Positions 55,199 through 64,000 are shown, counted from the stretch's first letter. The stretch is 64,000 nucleotides of DNA from an uncultured Chloroflexia bacterium (GCA_963782715.1 CAWAKU010000006.1:86960-150959); one strand, 5' to 3'. Program-made: numbers and translations. Notes: generated from the sequence alone by a model not told the origin.

Positions 55199-56317
55199 CT
55201 AGTTGCCGCCCTCCTTGAGGGTGACCGTGCCCTTGGTGAAGTTCGCTCCCTTGGTGTCCACTGACGAGCCGAGCGCGTCGAGGGCCTTCTGGGCGAGGTC
55301 GGTACGGGTCGCGTCGGCCGACGGAGCCGCCTTCAGGACCTTGTAGGTCGTCGCGATGGAGACCGTCTGGTCATACAGGGTCTTGTCGAGGAGGCCGATG
55401 CCGGCCGGCGACGGCCAGATCAACGCGTTGATCTCGTTCATCTGCCAGGCCTGGTGGCTGGCGCCGAGCTGCGAGCCCTTGGCCAGGACGATGTCGACGC
55501 ACTTCTGGGCGTTGTCGCGGCAGTAGATCCAGCCCTTGAAGGTGGCCTGCAGGAACTTGGTGGCGATGTCCGCGTGGTTGCCTTCCTTGAGCCACTTGTC
55601 GCTGGCGAAGATCTGGTCCTGGAGCATCGCGGTCCCGACGGCCGGGTCGTTGAAGTCGACCACGTTGAGGTCGCTCGGCTGATAGAGGTTGCCGGTCGCC
55701 GGGTTCTTGGCCTCGAGGACCTGGGCGTACTCGTTGTAGATCATCGCCTGCGCCACATCGAGGTCGCCCTTCAGCAGCCCCGACATGTCGAAGTTCTGCT
55801 TGATCACGTTCTCCTTGGTCGGATCGAGCCCGGCCTTGGTCAGGCCCGCGAAGAGCTCGGGCTCGTTGCCGCCGAGCCAGCTGCCGATCTTCTTGCCGGC
55901 CATGCTCTTGGGATCGGTGATGTTGGCGGCCTTGAACGACGCCATCCGGGTGCCCGAGCGCTGGAAGATCTGGGCGATCGAGACGAGGTCCGTCCCGCCT
56001 TCACGCGACTGGAGCATGTTCGGCAGCCAGGCGGTCCCGATGTCGGCGCCGCCGGTCGCGACGACCTGGACGTTGTTGATGTTCGGGCCGCCGAGGAGCA
56101 GCGAAACGTCGAGCCCGGCGTCCCTGTAGTAGCCCTGGTCGATGGCGGCGTAGTAGCCCGCGAACTGCGACTGGGCGACCCACTGGAGCTGGAACTTGAC
56201 CGGCGTCAAGACGGCCAGCGAGGCACCGCCTGACGCACCGCCACCGCTCGAGCTGCATGCCGCGACGAGCACGACCGTCGCGATGACGAGTGCCCCGATC
56301 TTCCGCGAGAGTCTCAT
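55199..56317 (-). CDS. ABC transporter substrate-binding lipoprotein, NMT1/THI5-like (TauA/SsuA/ThiY family)
   Basis: GAGGAGGAG RBS and lipobox LVAACSSSGGG. NitT/TauT-family substrate-binding sequence. Confidence 0.8.
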   Translation of the reverse strand: MRLSRKIGALVIATVVLVAACSSSGGGASGGASLAVLTPVKFQLQWVAQSQFAGYYAAIDQGYYRDAGLDVSLLLGGPNINNVQVVATGGADIGTAWLPNMLQSREGGTDLVSIAQIFQRSGTRMASFKAANITDPKSMAGKKIGSWLGGNEPELFAGLTKAGLDPTKENVIKQNFDMSGLLKGDLDVAQAMIYNEYAQVLEAKNPATGNLYQPSDLNVVDFNDPAVGTAMLQDQIFASDKWLKEGNHADIATKFLQATFKGWIYCRDNAQKCVDIVLAKGSQLGASHQAWQMNEINALIWPSPAGIGLLDKTLYDQTVSIATTYKVLKAAPSADATRTDLAQKALDALGSSVDTKGANFTKGTVTLKEGGN

Positions 56318-56414
56318 TCGATCGCTCCTCCTCACTTCCTCGAGGCCGGCCGCCGTCCGGCTGACGACCCCATCCCACTCCCTGACGCGGGATACTAGGT
56401 CACCCGGGCGTTGC

Positions 56415-57191
56415 TCATCGGGCCGTTTCGCGAGCTGTGTACCAGGGGATCGTGAACCGCTCGAGAGCCACGGCCGCGAGGTACAGCACGATCCCCAGGA
56501 CGCACGCGAGGATGATCGCCGCCCATGCTGCGGGGTACCGGCTGGCACCGGTCTGCAGCGTGATGTAGATCCCGAGCGCGTACAGCGGCCCGCCGAAGAA
56601 CTCGCCCACGACCGCGCCGATGACGCTCAGCGTCGTCGCGATCTTGAGCGCGGTGAACCAGTACGGCAGGGCGTTCGGGCCACGCAGCTTGGTCATGGTG
56701 TGCCGATCGCTCGCCGCGTACGACGACATCAGCTCCAGCGCACCCGGGTCCACATTGGTCAGGCCGCGGATGGTGTTGACCATGACCGGGAACATCACCA
56801 TCAGCGCGACGATGGTGATCCGGGGCATCAGGCTCTCCGGCCCGAACCAGTTGAGGGTGATCGGCGCGAAGGCGATGATCGGGATGGTGCTGGCACCGAT
56901 CGCGACCGGCAGCAGGACCTCGCGCGCGCTGGCCCAGCGCGAGGTGGCCAGTCCGGCCGCGGTCCCGAGCACCACGCCGACGATGAGACCGAGGACGGCC
57001 TCCGTGCCGGTGAACAGGAGACCACGCGCGAGGGTCGACCAGTCGGCGCCCAGCTGCTCGCCGATGACGGTCGGCCGCGGGATCAGGAACGACTGGACGT
57101 CGAGGATGCGGAAGCCGACCTCCCACACGACGATGACGATGACGAAGACGGCGATGGCCGGCAGCCAGTCTCGGGCGGCCGAAGCCTTCAC
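56415..57191 (-). CDS. ABC transporter permease (NitT/TauT family)
   Basis: 6 TM segments and an EAA-like loop. Its start overlaps the upstream ATPase gene stop. Confidence 0.8.
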   Translation of the reverse strand: MKASAARDWLPAIAVFVIVIVVWEVGFRILDVQSFLIPRPTVIGEQLGADWSTLARGLLFTGTEAVLGLIVGVVLGTAAGLATSRWASAREVLLPVAIGASTIPIIAFAPITLNWFGPESLMPRITIVALMVMFPVMVNTIRGLTNVDPGALELMSSYAASDRHTMTKLRGPNALPYWFTALKIATTLSVIGAVVGEFFGGPLYALGIYITLQTGASRYPAAWAAIILACVLGIVLYLAAVALERFTIPWYTARETAR

Positions 57192-58054
57192 GAGAGCCCC
57201 TCGTTGCGGACGCGCTCGGCTTCGGTCACCGACGGGCCCTCTTCGGCGATGTCGTACTGACGGAGCCCCTCGCGCACGCGGGTCACGAGTCGGAAGTACG
57301 GCTCGGTCTCGCGCGTCTCGACCGACCGCTCGGCGGGCAGGTCCACGTCGACGATCTGGGCGATCCGACCGGGCCGGGCGGACATGATCACGACCCGGCT
57401 GGACAGGAAGACCGCCTCCGGGATGCTGTGGGTCACGAATACGATGGTGATCCCGGTCCGCCGCCAGATGCTCATGAGCTCGGTGTTCATCCGTTCCCGG
57501 GTCATCTCGTCGAGCGCCCCGAACGGCTCGTCCATCAGCAGCAGCTTCGGGTCGAACGAGAGGGCGCGCGCGATGGCGGCGCGCTGCTGCATGCCGCCCG
57601 ACAGCTGCCAGGGATGCCGGTCGGCGAAGTCCTCCAGCTCGACCAGCTTCAACAGCTCGGCCGCCCGGCGCCGTCGATCGTCGGCCGAGTAGCCCATGAT
57701 CTCGAGCGGGAGCTCGATGTTCTTGGCGATGGTTCGCCAGTCCATCAGGACCGGCGCCTGGAAGACCATCCCGTAATCGCGGTCGAGCCGCGCCCTGCCG
57801 GCCGGCTTGCCGTTGACCGTCAGGCTGCCGCTCGTCGGATGGGTCAGGTCGCCGATCAGGCGCAGCAGCGTGGACTTGCCGCAGCCCGACGGCCCGATGA
57901 GCGAGACGAACTCGCCCTGCCGGATGGTCAGGTCGACCGATTCGAGCGCCGTCACCGGGCCGTCGCTCGTCGGGAAGACCTTGCCGACGCCTGTGGCCTC
58001 GACGACGGCCGGCGCGGTGGCTCGCGCGCCCACAGCGGTCGTTTCGGTCGTCAC
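57188..58054 (-). CDS. ABC transporter ATP-binding protein (NitT/TauT family)
   Basis: GGAGGG RBS. The GTG start overlaps the upstream permease gene stop (GTGA). Walker A GPSGCGKST, signature LSGGMQQR. Confidence 0.85.
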   Translation of the reverse strand: MTTETTAVGARATAPAVVEATGVGKVFPTSDGPVTALESVDLTIRQGEFVSLIGPSGCGKSTLLRLIGDLTHPTSGSLTVNGKPAGRARLDRDYGMVFQAPVLMDWRTIAKNIELPLEIMGYSADDRRRRAAELLKLVELEDFADRHPWQLSGGMQQRAAIARALSFDPKLLLMDEPFGALDEMTRERMNTELMSIWRRTGITIVFVTHSIPEAVFLSSRVVIMSARPGRIAQIVDVDLPAERSVETRETEPYFRLVTRVREGLRQYDIAEEGPSVTEAERVRNEGLS

Positions 58055-58998
58055 AGCATTCCCTCCACTGGCCGATAGCGCCCGCGGGTGAGGAGCCGCT
58101 CCGCGAGATTGACGATGCCGACGAAGATGAAGCCGACGATCGTGCACATGACGATCGTGGCCCACAGCCGCTCCGGTCCGGACGTGTAGTACTGGTTGTA
58201 GTTGATGATCGCGCTGCCGAGCCCCGACGCGACGCCGGCCGTCTGCTCGCCGATGATCGCGCCGATGACCGATGCGGCGGCCGCCACCCGGAAGCCCGAG
58301 AAGAGATACGGAACCGACGTCGGCAGCCGGAGCTGCCAGAGGACCTGCCGGCGCGTCGCTGCGTAGGACCGGAACAGCTCGAGCGCGCGCGGGTCGAAGG
58401 CCCGCAGACCGCGCATCGAGGCGATCGTCACCGGGAAGAACGTCAGGTACATGGCGACCGCCATGACCGACAGCCAGTCGGCCTTGAGGGCCACGACCAC
58501 GAGCGGGGCGATAGCCAGGATCGGCACCGTCTGGGACGCCACGACGTACGGGACGAACGCGCGCTCGGCGAGCCGGGAGTGGACGAAGGCCACTCCGAGC
58601 GCGAGCCCGAGGATGCCGCCCAGGGCGAAACCGGCGAGCGCCTCCCCGAACGTGAAGGCGGCCTGGCCGGCGAGCACGACACCGAGTGGCGCACCACCAC
58701 GCTGGGCCGGGTCGATGAACGCCCGGACGATGTCCCAGACGTGCGGCAGCGAGAGGTCGTCGGCGATCCGCCACTTGAGCGGCGGAAGATGCTCGTAGTC
58801 GATCTGGACGCCGGCGATCGTGCCGTGCAGCCGCCACGGGTCGCCGCCAAGCCACTTGGCGGCCTCCCAGATGAGCACCAGAACGACCAGGACGATGGCG
58901 ATGCCGGCCCAGCGCCGCCTGCGTGAGTGACCGACGGTCGGAGCGACGGCGGTGGCCCGGGGTGCACCGCGGCGCATGAACCCGCTGGCCGTCGTCAT
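58051..58998 (-). CDS. ABC transporter permease (NitT/TauT family), second permease
   Basis: Polytopic membrane protein with an EAA loop. It is the first gene of the four-gene ABC transporter operon. Confidence 0.8.
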   Translation of the reverse strand: MTTASGFMRRGAPRATAVAPTVGHSRRRRWAGIAIVLVVLVLIWEAAKWLGGDPWRLHGTIAGVQIDYEHLPPLKWRIADDLSLPHVWDIVRAFIDPAQRGGAPLGVVLAGQAAFTFGEALAGFALGGILGLALGVAFVHSRLAERAFVPYVVASQTVPILAIAPLVVVALKADWLSVMAVAMYLTFFPVTIASMRGLRAFDPRALELFRSYAATRRQVLWQLRLPTSVPYLFSGFRVAAAASVIGAIIGEQTAGVASGLGSAIINYNQYYTSGPERLWATIVMCTIVGFIFVGIVNLAERLLTRGRYRPVEGML

Positions 58999-59020
58999 CG
59001 ATCGATGGTCGTCGGACGAC

Positions 59021-60355
59021 TCAGGCGACCGCGGCGTCGGCGATGTCGAGGGCGCGATCGATGATCTCGAACCCTTCGGCCAATTGGTCTTCGGTGATGC
59101 ACAACGGCGGGTTGGTGTGGATCGAGTTGTTGGCGATCATCGTGTACAGGCCCGCCTCGCGGAGCGCCTTGCCGATCGCCTTCATCTCGTCCGAGGTGCC
59201 GTTGAACGGGGTCAGCGGCGTCCACGGATCGTGGCTGCGGACCAGGTCGATGATCCCGAACAGCCCGAGGTTCCGGGTCGCCCCGACGCTCGGGTGGCGG
59301 GCCGCCAGGCGCCCGTGGTGTTCGCGCATGACGCCGTCGAGGCGGGCGGCGTTGGCGATCAGGTCGTCCTCCTCGTAGACGGAGATGGTCGCGAGGGCGG
59401 CGGCCAGGCTGACCGGGTGGCTGCTGTAGGTCAGGCCGCCGTAGAACATCTGGGTCTCGAACTGCTCGGCGATGCCGTGGCGCATGGCCACCGCACCCAG
59501 CGGCAGGTACGACGACGTCAGGCCCTTGGCCATCGTCATCAGGTCGGGGGTCACGTCCCAGTGGTCGACCGCGAACCAGCGCCCCGTCCGCCCGAAGCCG
59601 GCCATGACCTCGTCGGCGACCATCAGGATGTCGTGACGGGTGCAGATCTCGCGGACGCCGGCGATGTAGCCGTCAGGCGGGATCAGGATGCCGTTGGTCC
59701 CGACGATGGTCTCGAGGAAGACCGCCGCGATGCTCTTCGCGCCCTCGTAGCGGATGACGTCCTCCAGGCCCTGGAGGCTCTCAGCCACGGGACGCGGTTC
59801 CGCCTCTCCCCAGCGGTGGGTGTCCGGGTAGCGGACGACACCGACGATGCCCGGCTCATTGGCCCAGCGGCGCGGATCGCCGGTCAGCGTCATCGCCCCG
59901 AGCGTCGCACCGTGATAGGCGCGATAGCGGGCGAGGATCTTATGCCGGCCGGTCGCGTGACGGGCGAGCTTGATGGCGTTCTCGATCGCCTCCGCTCCAC
60001 CGAGCGTGAAGAAGACCTTGTCCATGTCGCCGGGTAGGATCTCGGCAAGCTTCGCGCCCAGACGCGCCCGGACCTCCGTCGCGAAGGCAGGCTGCACGTA
60101 CTGGAGCTTCAGCGCCTGCGCCGTGATCGCATCGATGACCCGGCGGTCGCCGTGGCCGATGTTGACCGACATCAGCTGGCTGTTGAAGTCGAGGATCCGC
60201 TGGCCTTCGGGCGTGTACAGGTAGACGCCCTCGGCGTGGTCGATGGCGATGGGGTCGAGCGCGCCCTGGACGGACCAGGAGAAGAAGGTGTGCTTCCGCG
60301 ACAGCGCGACGATCTCGTCGCTGGTCATGCTGCCGGAAGCGGTCGTGATGCCCAT
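59021..60355 (-). CDS. Class-III (omega) aminotransferase, aspartate aminotransferase superfamily
   Basis: The PLP-lysine region DLMTMAKGLTSSYLPLG and ADEVMAGFGRTGRWFA. It lies directly downstream of the TauT-type transporter. Confidence 0.85.
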   Translation of the reverse strand: MGITTASGSMTSDEIVALSRKHTFFSWSVQGALDPIAIDHAEGVYLYTPEGQRILDFNSQLMSVNIGHGDRRVIDAITAQALKLQYVQPAFATEVRARLGAKLAEILPGDMDKVFFTLGGAEAIENAIKLARHATGRHKILARYRAYHGATLGAMTLTGDPRRWANEPGIVGVVRYPDTHRWGEAEPRPVAESLQGLEDVIRYEGAKSIAAVFLETIVGTNGILIPPDGYIAGVREICTRHDILMVADEVMAGFGRTGRWFAVDHWDVTPDLMTMAKGLTSSYLPLGAVAMRHGIAEQFETQMFYGGLTYSSHPVSLAAALATISVYEEDDLIANAARLDGVMREHHGRLAARHPSVGATRNLGLFGIIDLVRSHDPWTPLTPFNGTSDEMKAIGKALREAGLYTMIANNSIHTNPPLCITEDQLAEGFEIIDRALDIADAAVA

Positions 60356-60440
60356 GGATCACCTCGGGGCGGACGGACGGGTCGTCGTCGTTTGGGGGGC
60401 CATTACAGCATACCGGGGCAGCGGACCGTCGCCGCGGCGC

Positions 60441-62264
60441 TCAGCGCAGGCGGCGCCGGATCTCGCCGATGTTGTCGGCGATGAGCAGGATCCCGAGCCC
60501 GAGCAAGCCGAGCAGGAACAGCTCGCGCAGATAGGTCACCGCCAGGATCAGCGACGACAGGATCGCCAGGATCACCGTGATCTTGAGGACCAGCTCGACG
60601 ATGTTGCGATCGAAGAACGACTCGATCGCGAGATAGGAACCGAGCAGGACGACGATGGCCAGCGGCGCGGGCAGGATCTTGAACCAGACGATGACGGCGA
60701 GGGCCGCGATCAACAGGCCGACGCTGAGGGCGGCCCAGGCTTCGCCGAAGGCGCGTCGCCGGGCGACCGCCGGCGGTTCCGGCTCGGCCGCGTGGTGGAG
60801 GTGGCTGCGTGGGTCGTCGAGGCCGCCGGTCGTCAGGAAGGCCAGTCGCTCACGCCCGGAGTCGATGACCGCGTCGAGTTCGACCTCCTGCGTGCGCAGG
60901 GCGTTGAGCCGCGCCTCGCCGTCGTGCAGCGCGATCGCCCGTTCGTCCCGGTAGTGCCCGATGCCCGCCGTGTTCCGGATGGCGGCCACCTCCGCGTCCA
61001 ACTTCGGCAGCTCGACGGCCAGCGACGTGGCCTCTGCGTTCACCTCTGCCCGGGTGGCGGTCAACTCGCGGATGCGGGCCTGGAGGACGGGGATCGCCTG
61101 CGACGGCGGCGCGACCTTGTCGAGCCCGGCGAAACCGAGGGGGTCGTGCCACGACTGGCGGACCGAGCCGGTGCGGGTGAACTTCGGGCCGGCCGGCGCA
61201 CGCTCGCCGGCGAACCGGTCGCCAGTGTCGAGTCCCCACAGGCCCTGGTAGCGCGAGACCCAGCCGTCGTCGTCGCCGATGACGATCGGCGTCCAGTCGA
61301 CGTCACCGCCAGGTCCGACCGACAAACCGTCGCCCCGAGCGTAATCCACGAACGGGACGCTCAACGCGCGCTTGGCGCGGGCCGCCAGGTCGCCTGGGTC
61401 CGGCTGGGAGAGCGTGTCACGCCAGGTTCGCCGGATGAGGTCGAGCGGTCCCCGGATGTTCTTCTCGCCGGGGAACGGCAGCAGCATGATGTACTCGCCG
61501 CGCTCGATGTAGGTCGCGTGCGAGCCGGCGCCCGGGTAGACGACCGGATGGTCGTCGATGGTCTCGAGGCGTGGGTCATCCCAGCGGCGACGCAGGTCGT
61601 CGCCCTTCTCGTCGTGGGCGGCCGCGCAGAACCAGGCGGGCAGCATCGTCCCGTCCTCGAACTGCTCGAGCACGACGAAGCACTGCTCGAGATCCGCCTC
61701 GTGGTCGTTGGCGCCATCGAAGGTCGAGCGCCAGTCGTTCATCGCGTAGAAGAACATGTAGTGCAGGATCACCCAGCGACCTTCGCGGATGACCCGACCG
61801 TGGTAGACGATCCGCGGGTCGCGCTCTCGGATCTCCTCGTACTTGACCGAGGCCGCGGCGGCCGTGCCACCCGGGACCCGGCCACGAGCCAGCAGCGAGG
61901 CGACCATGCCGGCGTCCACCAGGCGGGCCGCCAGGCCGACCCGGGCGAGACGGCCGGGAGCCGAGAAGCGCTGATGCTCAGGACGTGAGCGCCAGCGGCG
62001 CAGCTCGATGGCGTTGAGTGGCTCCTGGACGAAGCGGAGGAACTGTGCCTCGCCGGGAGCCGGTTCACCGACCGTGGCGAGCCTGTCGAGGGTCAGTTCG
62101 CCGGCCGGCACGACCACGCGCGCCTCGCGCAGCGTCGGGCCGGCCAGAAGGTCGGCCGCCTCGACATAGGGCGCCGTCGCCATCGGGAAGAAGAGCTCAC
62201 CGTCGGTGAACCGGAGGATCGGCTCGAGGCGGCGGAGGAGTTCGAGATCGGTCGGTTCCTTCAT
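60441..62264 (-). CDS. Large uncharacterised protein: globular N-domain, coiled coil and C-terminal multi-TM anchor
   Basis: 607 aa. The N-terminal 380 aa are soluble (HYMFFYAMNDW, GAGSHATYIERGEY). About 100 aa of predicted coiled coil follow, then a C-terminal 110 aa with 2-3 TM helices. Its ATG overlaps the stop of the upstream small membrane protein gene (ATGA). Confidence 0.6.
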   Translation of the reverse strand: MKEPTDLELLRRLEPILRFTDGELFFPMATAPYVEAADLLAGPTLREARVVVPAGELTLDRLATVGEPAPGEAQFLRFVQEPLNAIELRRWRSRPEHQRFSAPGRLARVGLAARLVDAGMVASLLARGRVPGGTAAAASVKYEEIRERDPRIVYHGRVIREGRWVILHYMFFYAMNDWRSTFDGANDHEADLEQCFVVLEQFEDGTMLPAWFCAAAHDEKGDDLRRRWDDPRLETIDDHPVVYPGAGSHATYIERGEYIMLLPFPGEKNIRGPLDLIRRTWRDTLSQPDPGDLAARAKRALSVPFVDYARGDGLSVGPGGDVDWTPIVIGDDDGWVSRYQGLWGLDTGDRFAGERAPAGPKFTRTGSVRQSWHDPLGFAGLDKVAPPSQAIPVLQARIRELTATRAEVNAEATSLAVELPKLDAEVAAIRNTAGIGHYRDERAIALHDGEARLNALRTQEVELDAVIDSGRERLAFLTTGGLDDPRSHLHHAAEPEPPAVARRRAFGEAWAALSVGLLIAALAVIVWFKILPAPLAIVVLLGSYLAIESFFDRNIVELVLKITVILAILSSLILAVTYLRELFLLGLLGLGILLIADNIGEIRRRLR

Positions 62265-62695
62265 CACTCGGCCGCCCCGCCGCGCAGTGCCAGTCGGACG
62301 TCGCGTTGATTGAGGTAGAAGACCGCGATCGAGTTGAGCAACATCGAGGCATACCGGGCGTCGCCGCTGAACCACCAGCCGAGGTCGACGGCGAGGATGA
62401 CGCCTGACGTGATGATCGCCAGGACCCACGCCCAGCGCTTCGCGAACGTGAGACCGACGACGACGAGGACGCTGGCGACGAACAAGCCCACCAGGAGGAC
62501 GGTCGCGACCAGCTGGACGTCCGTGCCCGGCGGCATCTCCGGCAGCGGCCCGCTCGACGCCAGCCAGCGGAGGATGCCCTCTTCCCGGAACTGGGCCACC
62601 TCGGCGACGATCGACGCGGCGCGGAAGAGCGCGATCCCGGCGACGATGAGGACCCCCAGCGGGTATCGAGACCGGATGCTGCTGACCGCCGACAT
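62264..62695 (-). CDS. Small polytopic membrane protein (143 aa), first gene of a two-gene module
   Basis: 4 TM segments. Translationally coupled to the 607-aa gene downstream. Confidence 0.5.
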   Translation of the reverse strand: MSAVSSIRSRYPLGVLIVAGIALFRAASIVAEVAQFREEGILRWLASSGPLPEMPPGTDVQLVATVLLVGLFVASVLVVVGLTFAKRWAWVLAIITSGVILAVDLGWWFSGDARYASMLLNSIAVFYLNQRDVRLALRGGAAE

Positions 62696-62737
62696 GGGTA
62701 CAGGCTAGCAGTGGTGCGCCGCGAGAATCTGACCTTG

Positions 62738-63670
62738 TCAGCGCGGCGGGACGAGGACGGTCAGGGCGCCCGGGATGACGGACGCCTCGAGACGGCCGGG
62801 TGGATGCGCATCCCCGTCGGTCTCGATCGGTTGCGCCGGCTCAGCGGCGATCCGGACCTCGGACACGGCTCGCCGGATCACCCCGCCGCCGAGGTCCCCC
62901 GAGCGGACCAGGAGCTCGACCGCGCCGATCAGGCCAGCAGCCGCATTCGCCCCGCCGAGGACGATGAGGTCGAGCCTGCCGTCCGACGGATCGATCGGCC
63001 GGCGCGGCCCGATGCGGCCCGGGACGAGCTCCCCGGCATTGGCGACGAGCGCGAGATAGCCCTCGAGCTCGAGGGTCTCGCCGTCGGCGTCGATGTGGAA
63101 GCGAGCGGTCTCGAGCCGGAACGCCTCGCGCACGGCCGCACCGACGTATGCCCCGAAGCGCATCCGCCGCTTCCATTCGTGCTCGGCCGCGGCCATGATC
63201 CGGGCGTCGAGGCCCATCCCGCAGGCGACGGCGAAGATGCGCTCGTGTGTCGTGGCCTCGTCGGCGGACGGCGTCCAGCGCGCGCGCCCAAGGTCGATGA
63301 CCTTGGGGCCGCCGTGCCGCAGGGCGTCCAGACCGGAACGGACGCCGCGGATGCCGATCGCGCCCGCCAGGACGTTGCCGGTCCCGGCCGGGATGATCGC
63401 CAGTGGCGTCCCGCGACCGATGAGCGCCTCGGCGGCCTCGCGGACCGTGCCATCGCCACCGATGGTGACGATGATCGGTGCGTCGATCGCCTCGGCGAGC
63501 GCGGTTCGGGTGGCCGCCAGCGAGCCGTCCTCGACCCGCGGCTCGCGCCCGTACCGGTTGCGGACCGCGCCGATGACGGCGGTCGAGATCCGTTCACGCT
63601 CGGCGGCATCGACGATCCGCGACGCCCGCGGGTTGACCAGGATCAGTGGCGCGGCAGGGTCGGTCATCAC
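62738..63670 (-). CDS. Diacylglycerol-kinase-family lipid kinase (YegS / LCB5-like)
   Basis: DAGK catalytic motif (IIVTIGGDGTVREAA ... GTGNVLAGA). Confidence 0.8.
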   Translation of the reverse strand: MMTDPAAPLILVNPRASRIVDAAERERISTAVIGAVRNRYGREPRVEDGSLAATRTALAEAIDAPIIVTIGGDGTVREAAEALIGRGTPLAIIPAGTGNVLAGAIGIRGVRSGLDALRHGGPKVIDLGRARWTPSADEATTHERIFAVACGMGLDARIMAAAEHEWKRRMRFGAYVGAAVREAFRLETARFHIDADGETLELEGYLALVANAGELVPGRIGPRRPIDPSDGRLDLIVLGGANAAAGLIGAVELLVRSGDLGGGVIRRAVSEVRIAAEPAQPIETDGDAHPPGRLEASVIPGALTVLVPPR

Positions 63671-63950
63671 CGGGTCGATGCTAACGCCCCGGAGGTCGTC
63701 GTCGGACGGATTCGCGGATCACGGGTAGACTGCGCTCGCTGATCGACCCCCAGGTCTTATGGGAACCCGGAAAACTCGAACATCGCCCCGATCGCGCGGC
63801 TCGCCCCGAGCCCCTTTTCCGGCTACGTCCCATCGTGTCGGCACCTCCTGAACCAGGCCAAGGCCGGTTCACCCTGTCCTTCCGTGCGAATCCGCGGGCG
63901 TCATCGCCCGTCGCGCCCCCAGCGCGACGTCCCGGCAGGAAGGAATTCCA

Positions 63951-64000
63951 TTGCGAACGCAGCTCATGGGCGCACGAGCGTTCATCCTCCCCATGGCCCT
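63951..64000 (+). CDS. 5' end of an unidentified gene running off the window
   Basis: AGGAAGGAA lies 5 nt before a TTG at 63951, with an in-frame ATG at 63966. Only 16 codons are visible. Confidence 0.2.
   Translation, partial: MRTQLMGARAFILPMA

Noticed and set aside
55080-55200. Possible tRNA because of a TTCGATTCC-like T-loop on the reverse strand
   Set aside because: The flanking sequence cannot form the T-stem, and there are no acceptor, D or anticodon arms. The better reading is the 8-bp GC terminator hairpin of the ABC operon.
60243-61988. 581-aa plus-strand ORF
   Set aside because: It lies antisense to the 607-aa gene at 60441-62264, which has an ATGA-coupled start and clear TM and coiled-coil features. 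The translation is Asp/Arg/Gly-rich low complexity.
63840-63900. SRP (4.5S) RNA-like sequence (CCAGGCCAAGGCCGG)
   Set aside because: It does not reproduce the conserved domain IV motifs (the GGAA tetraloop and the symmetric AGCAG/AAGGCAG loop). The resemblance is superficial.
1-64000. Mobile elements, prophage, CRISPR arrays and rRNA/tRNA genes
   Set aside because: I found no transposase or integrase-like ORFs, no direct-repeat/spacer arrays, and no terminal inverted repeats. Gene content and codon usage are uniform across the window.

Overview
This 64 kb window is high-GC (about 70 %) and looks like a stretch of an actinobacterial-type chromosome. It is gene-dense, with about 62 protein-coding genes, most with third-codon positions ending in G or C and GGAGG-like ribosome-binding sites. 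I found no rRNA, tRNA, CRISPR array, transposase or integrase. The genes fall into these blocks. (i) A polyphosphate module: a 5'-partial CHAD-domain gene, an exopolyphosphatase (ppx), and a gene for a Lys/Ala/Pro-repeat protein resembling HbhA or AlgP. (ii) crcB paired with a DUF190 gene. (iii) A phosphate-acquisition regulon. It starts with a free-standing OmpR-type winged-helix gene, then pstSCAB-phoU, a SixA-like histidine phosphatase and a PAP2/vanadium-haloperoxidase-like phosphatase. Further on are a glycerophosphodiester phosphodiesterase, an EEP-family phosphatase and pitA paired with a DUF47 gene. An OmpR-family response regulator and a PhoR-like histidine kinase belong here too but lie 5.6 kb apart. 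(iv) A xylose locus: a ROK-family xylR-like regulator, xylFHG, and a convergent xylAB with a class-II-sized xylA. A duplicated second xylF sits downstream of a GntR-regulated pair of redox genes. (v) Housekeeping genes proS, gltX, upp, a metB-like gene and a sulP permease. Also ArsR with an SRPBCC-domain gene, pyruvate:ferredoxin oxidoreductase with a DHOD-like partner, a DtxR-family regulator, and two atypical J-domain proteins. (vi) A TauT/NitT-type ABC transporter with two permeases, followed by a class-III aminotransferase. (vii) An uncharacterised two-gene membrane module next to a DAGK-family lipid kinase. The module pairs a small polytopic membrane protein with a large protein that has a globular N-domain, a coiled coil and a C-terminal membrane anchor. 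Other points worth a second look are two conserved operator-like palindromes upstream of xylR and xylA, and a triple ACTGGTNNN tandem repeat in the GntR divergent promoter. The two xylF paralogs also share a strongly conserved 3' hairpin, a type-II asparaginase gene carries a frameshift, and ppx has no canonical start codon.
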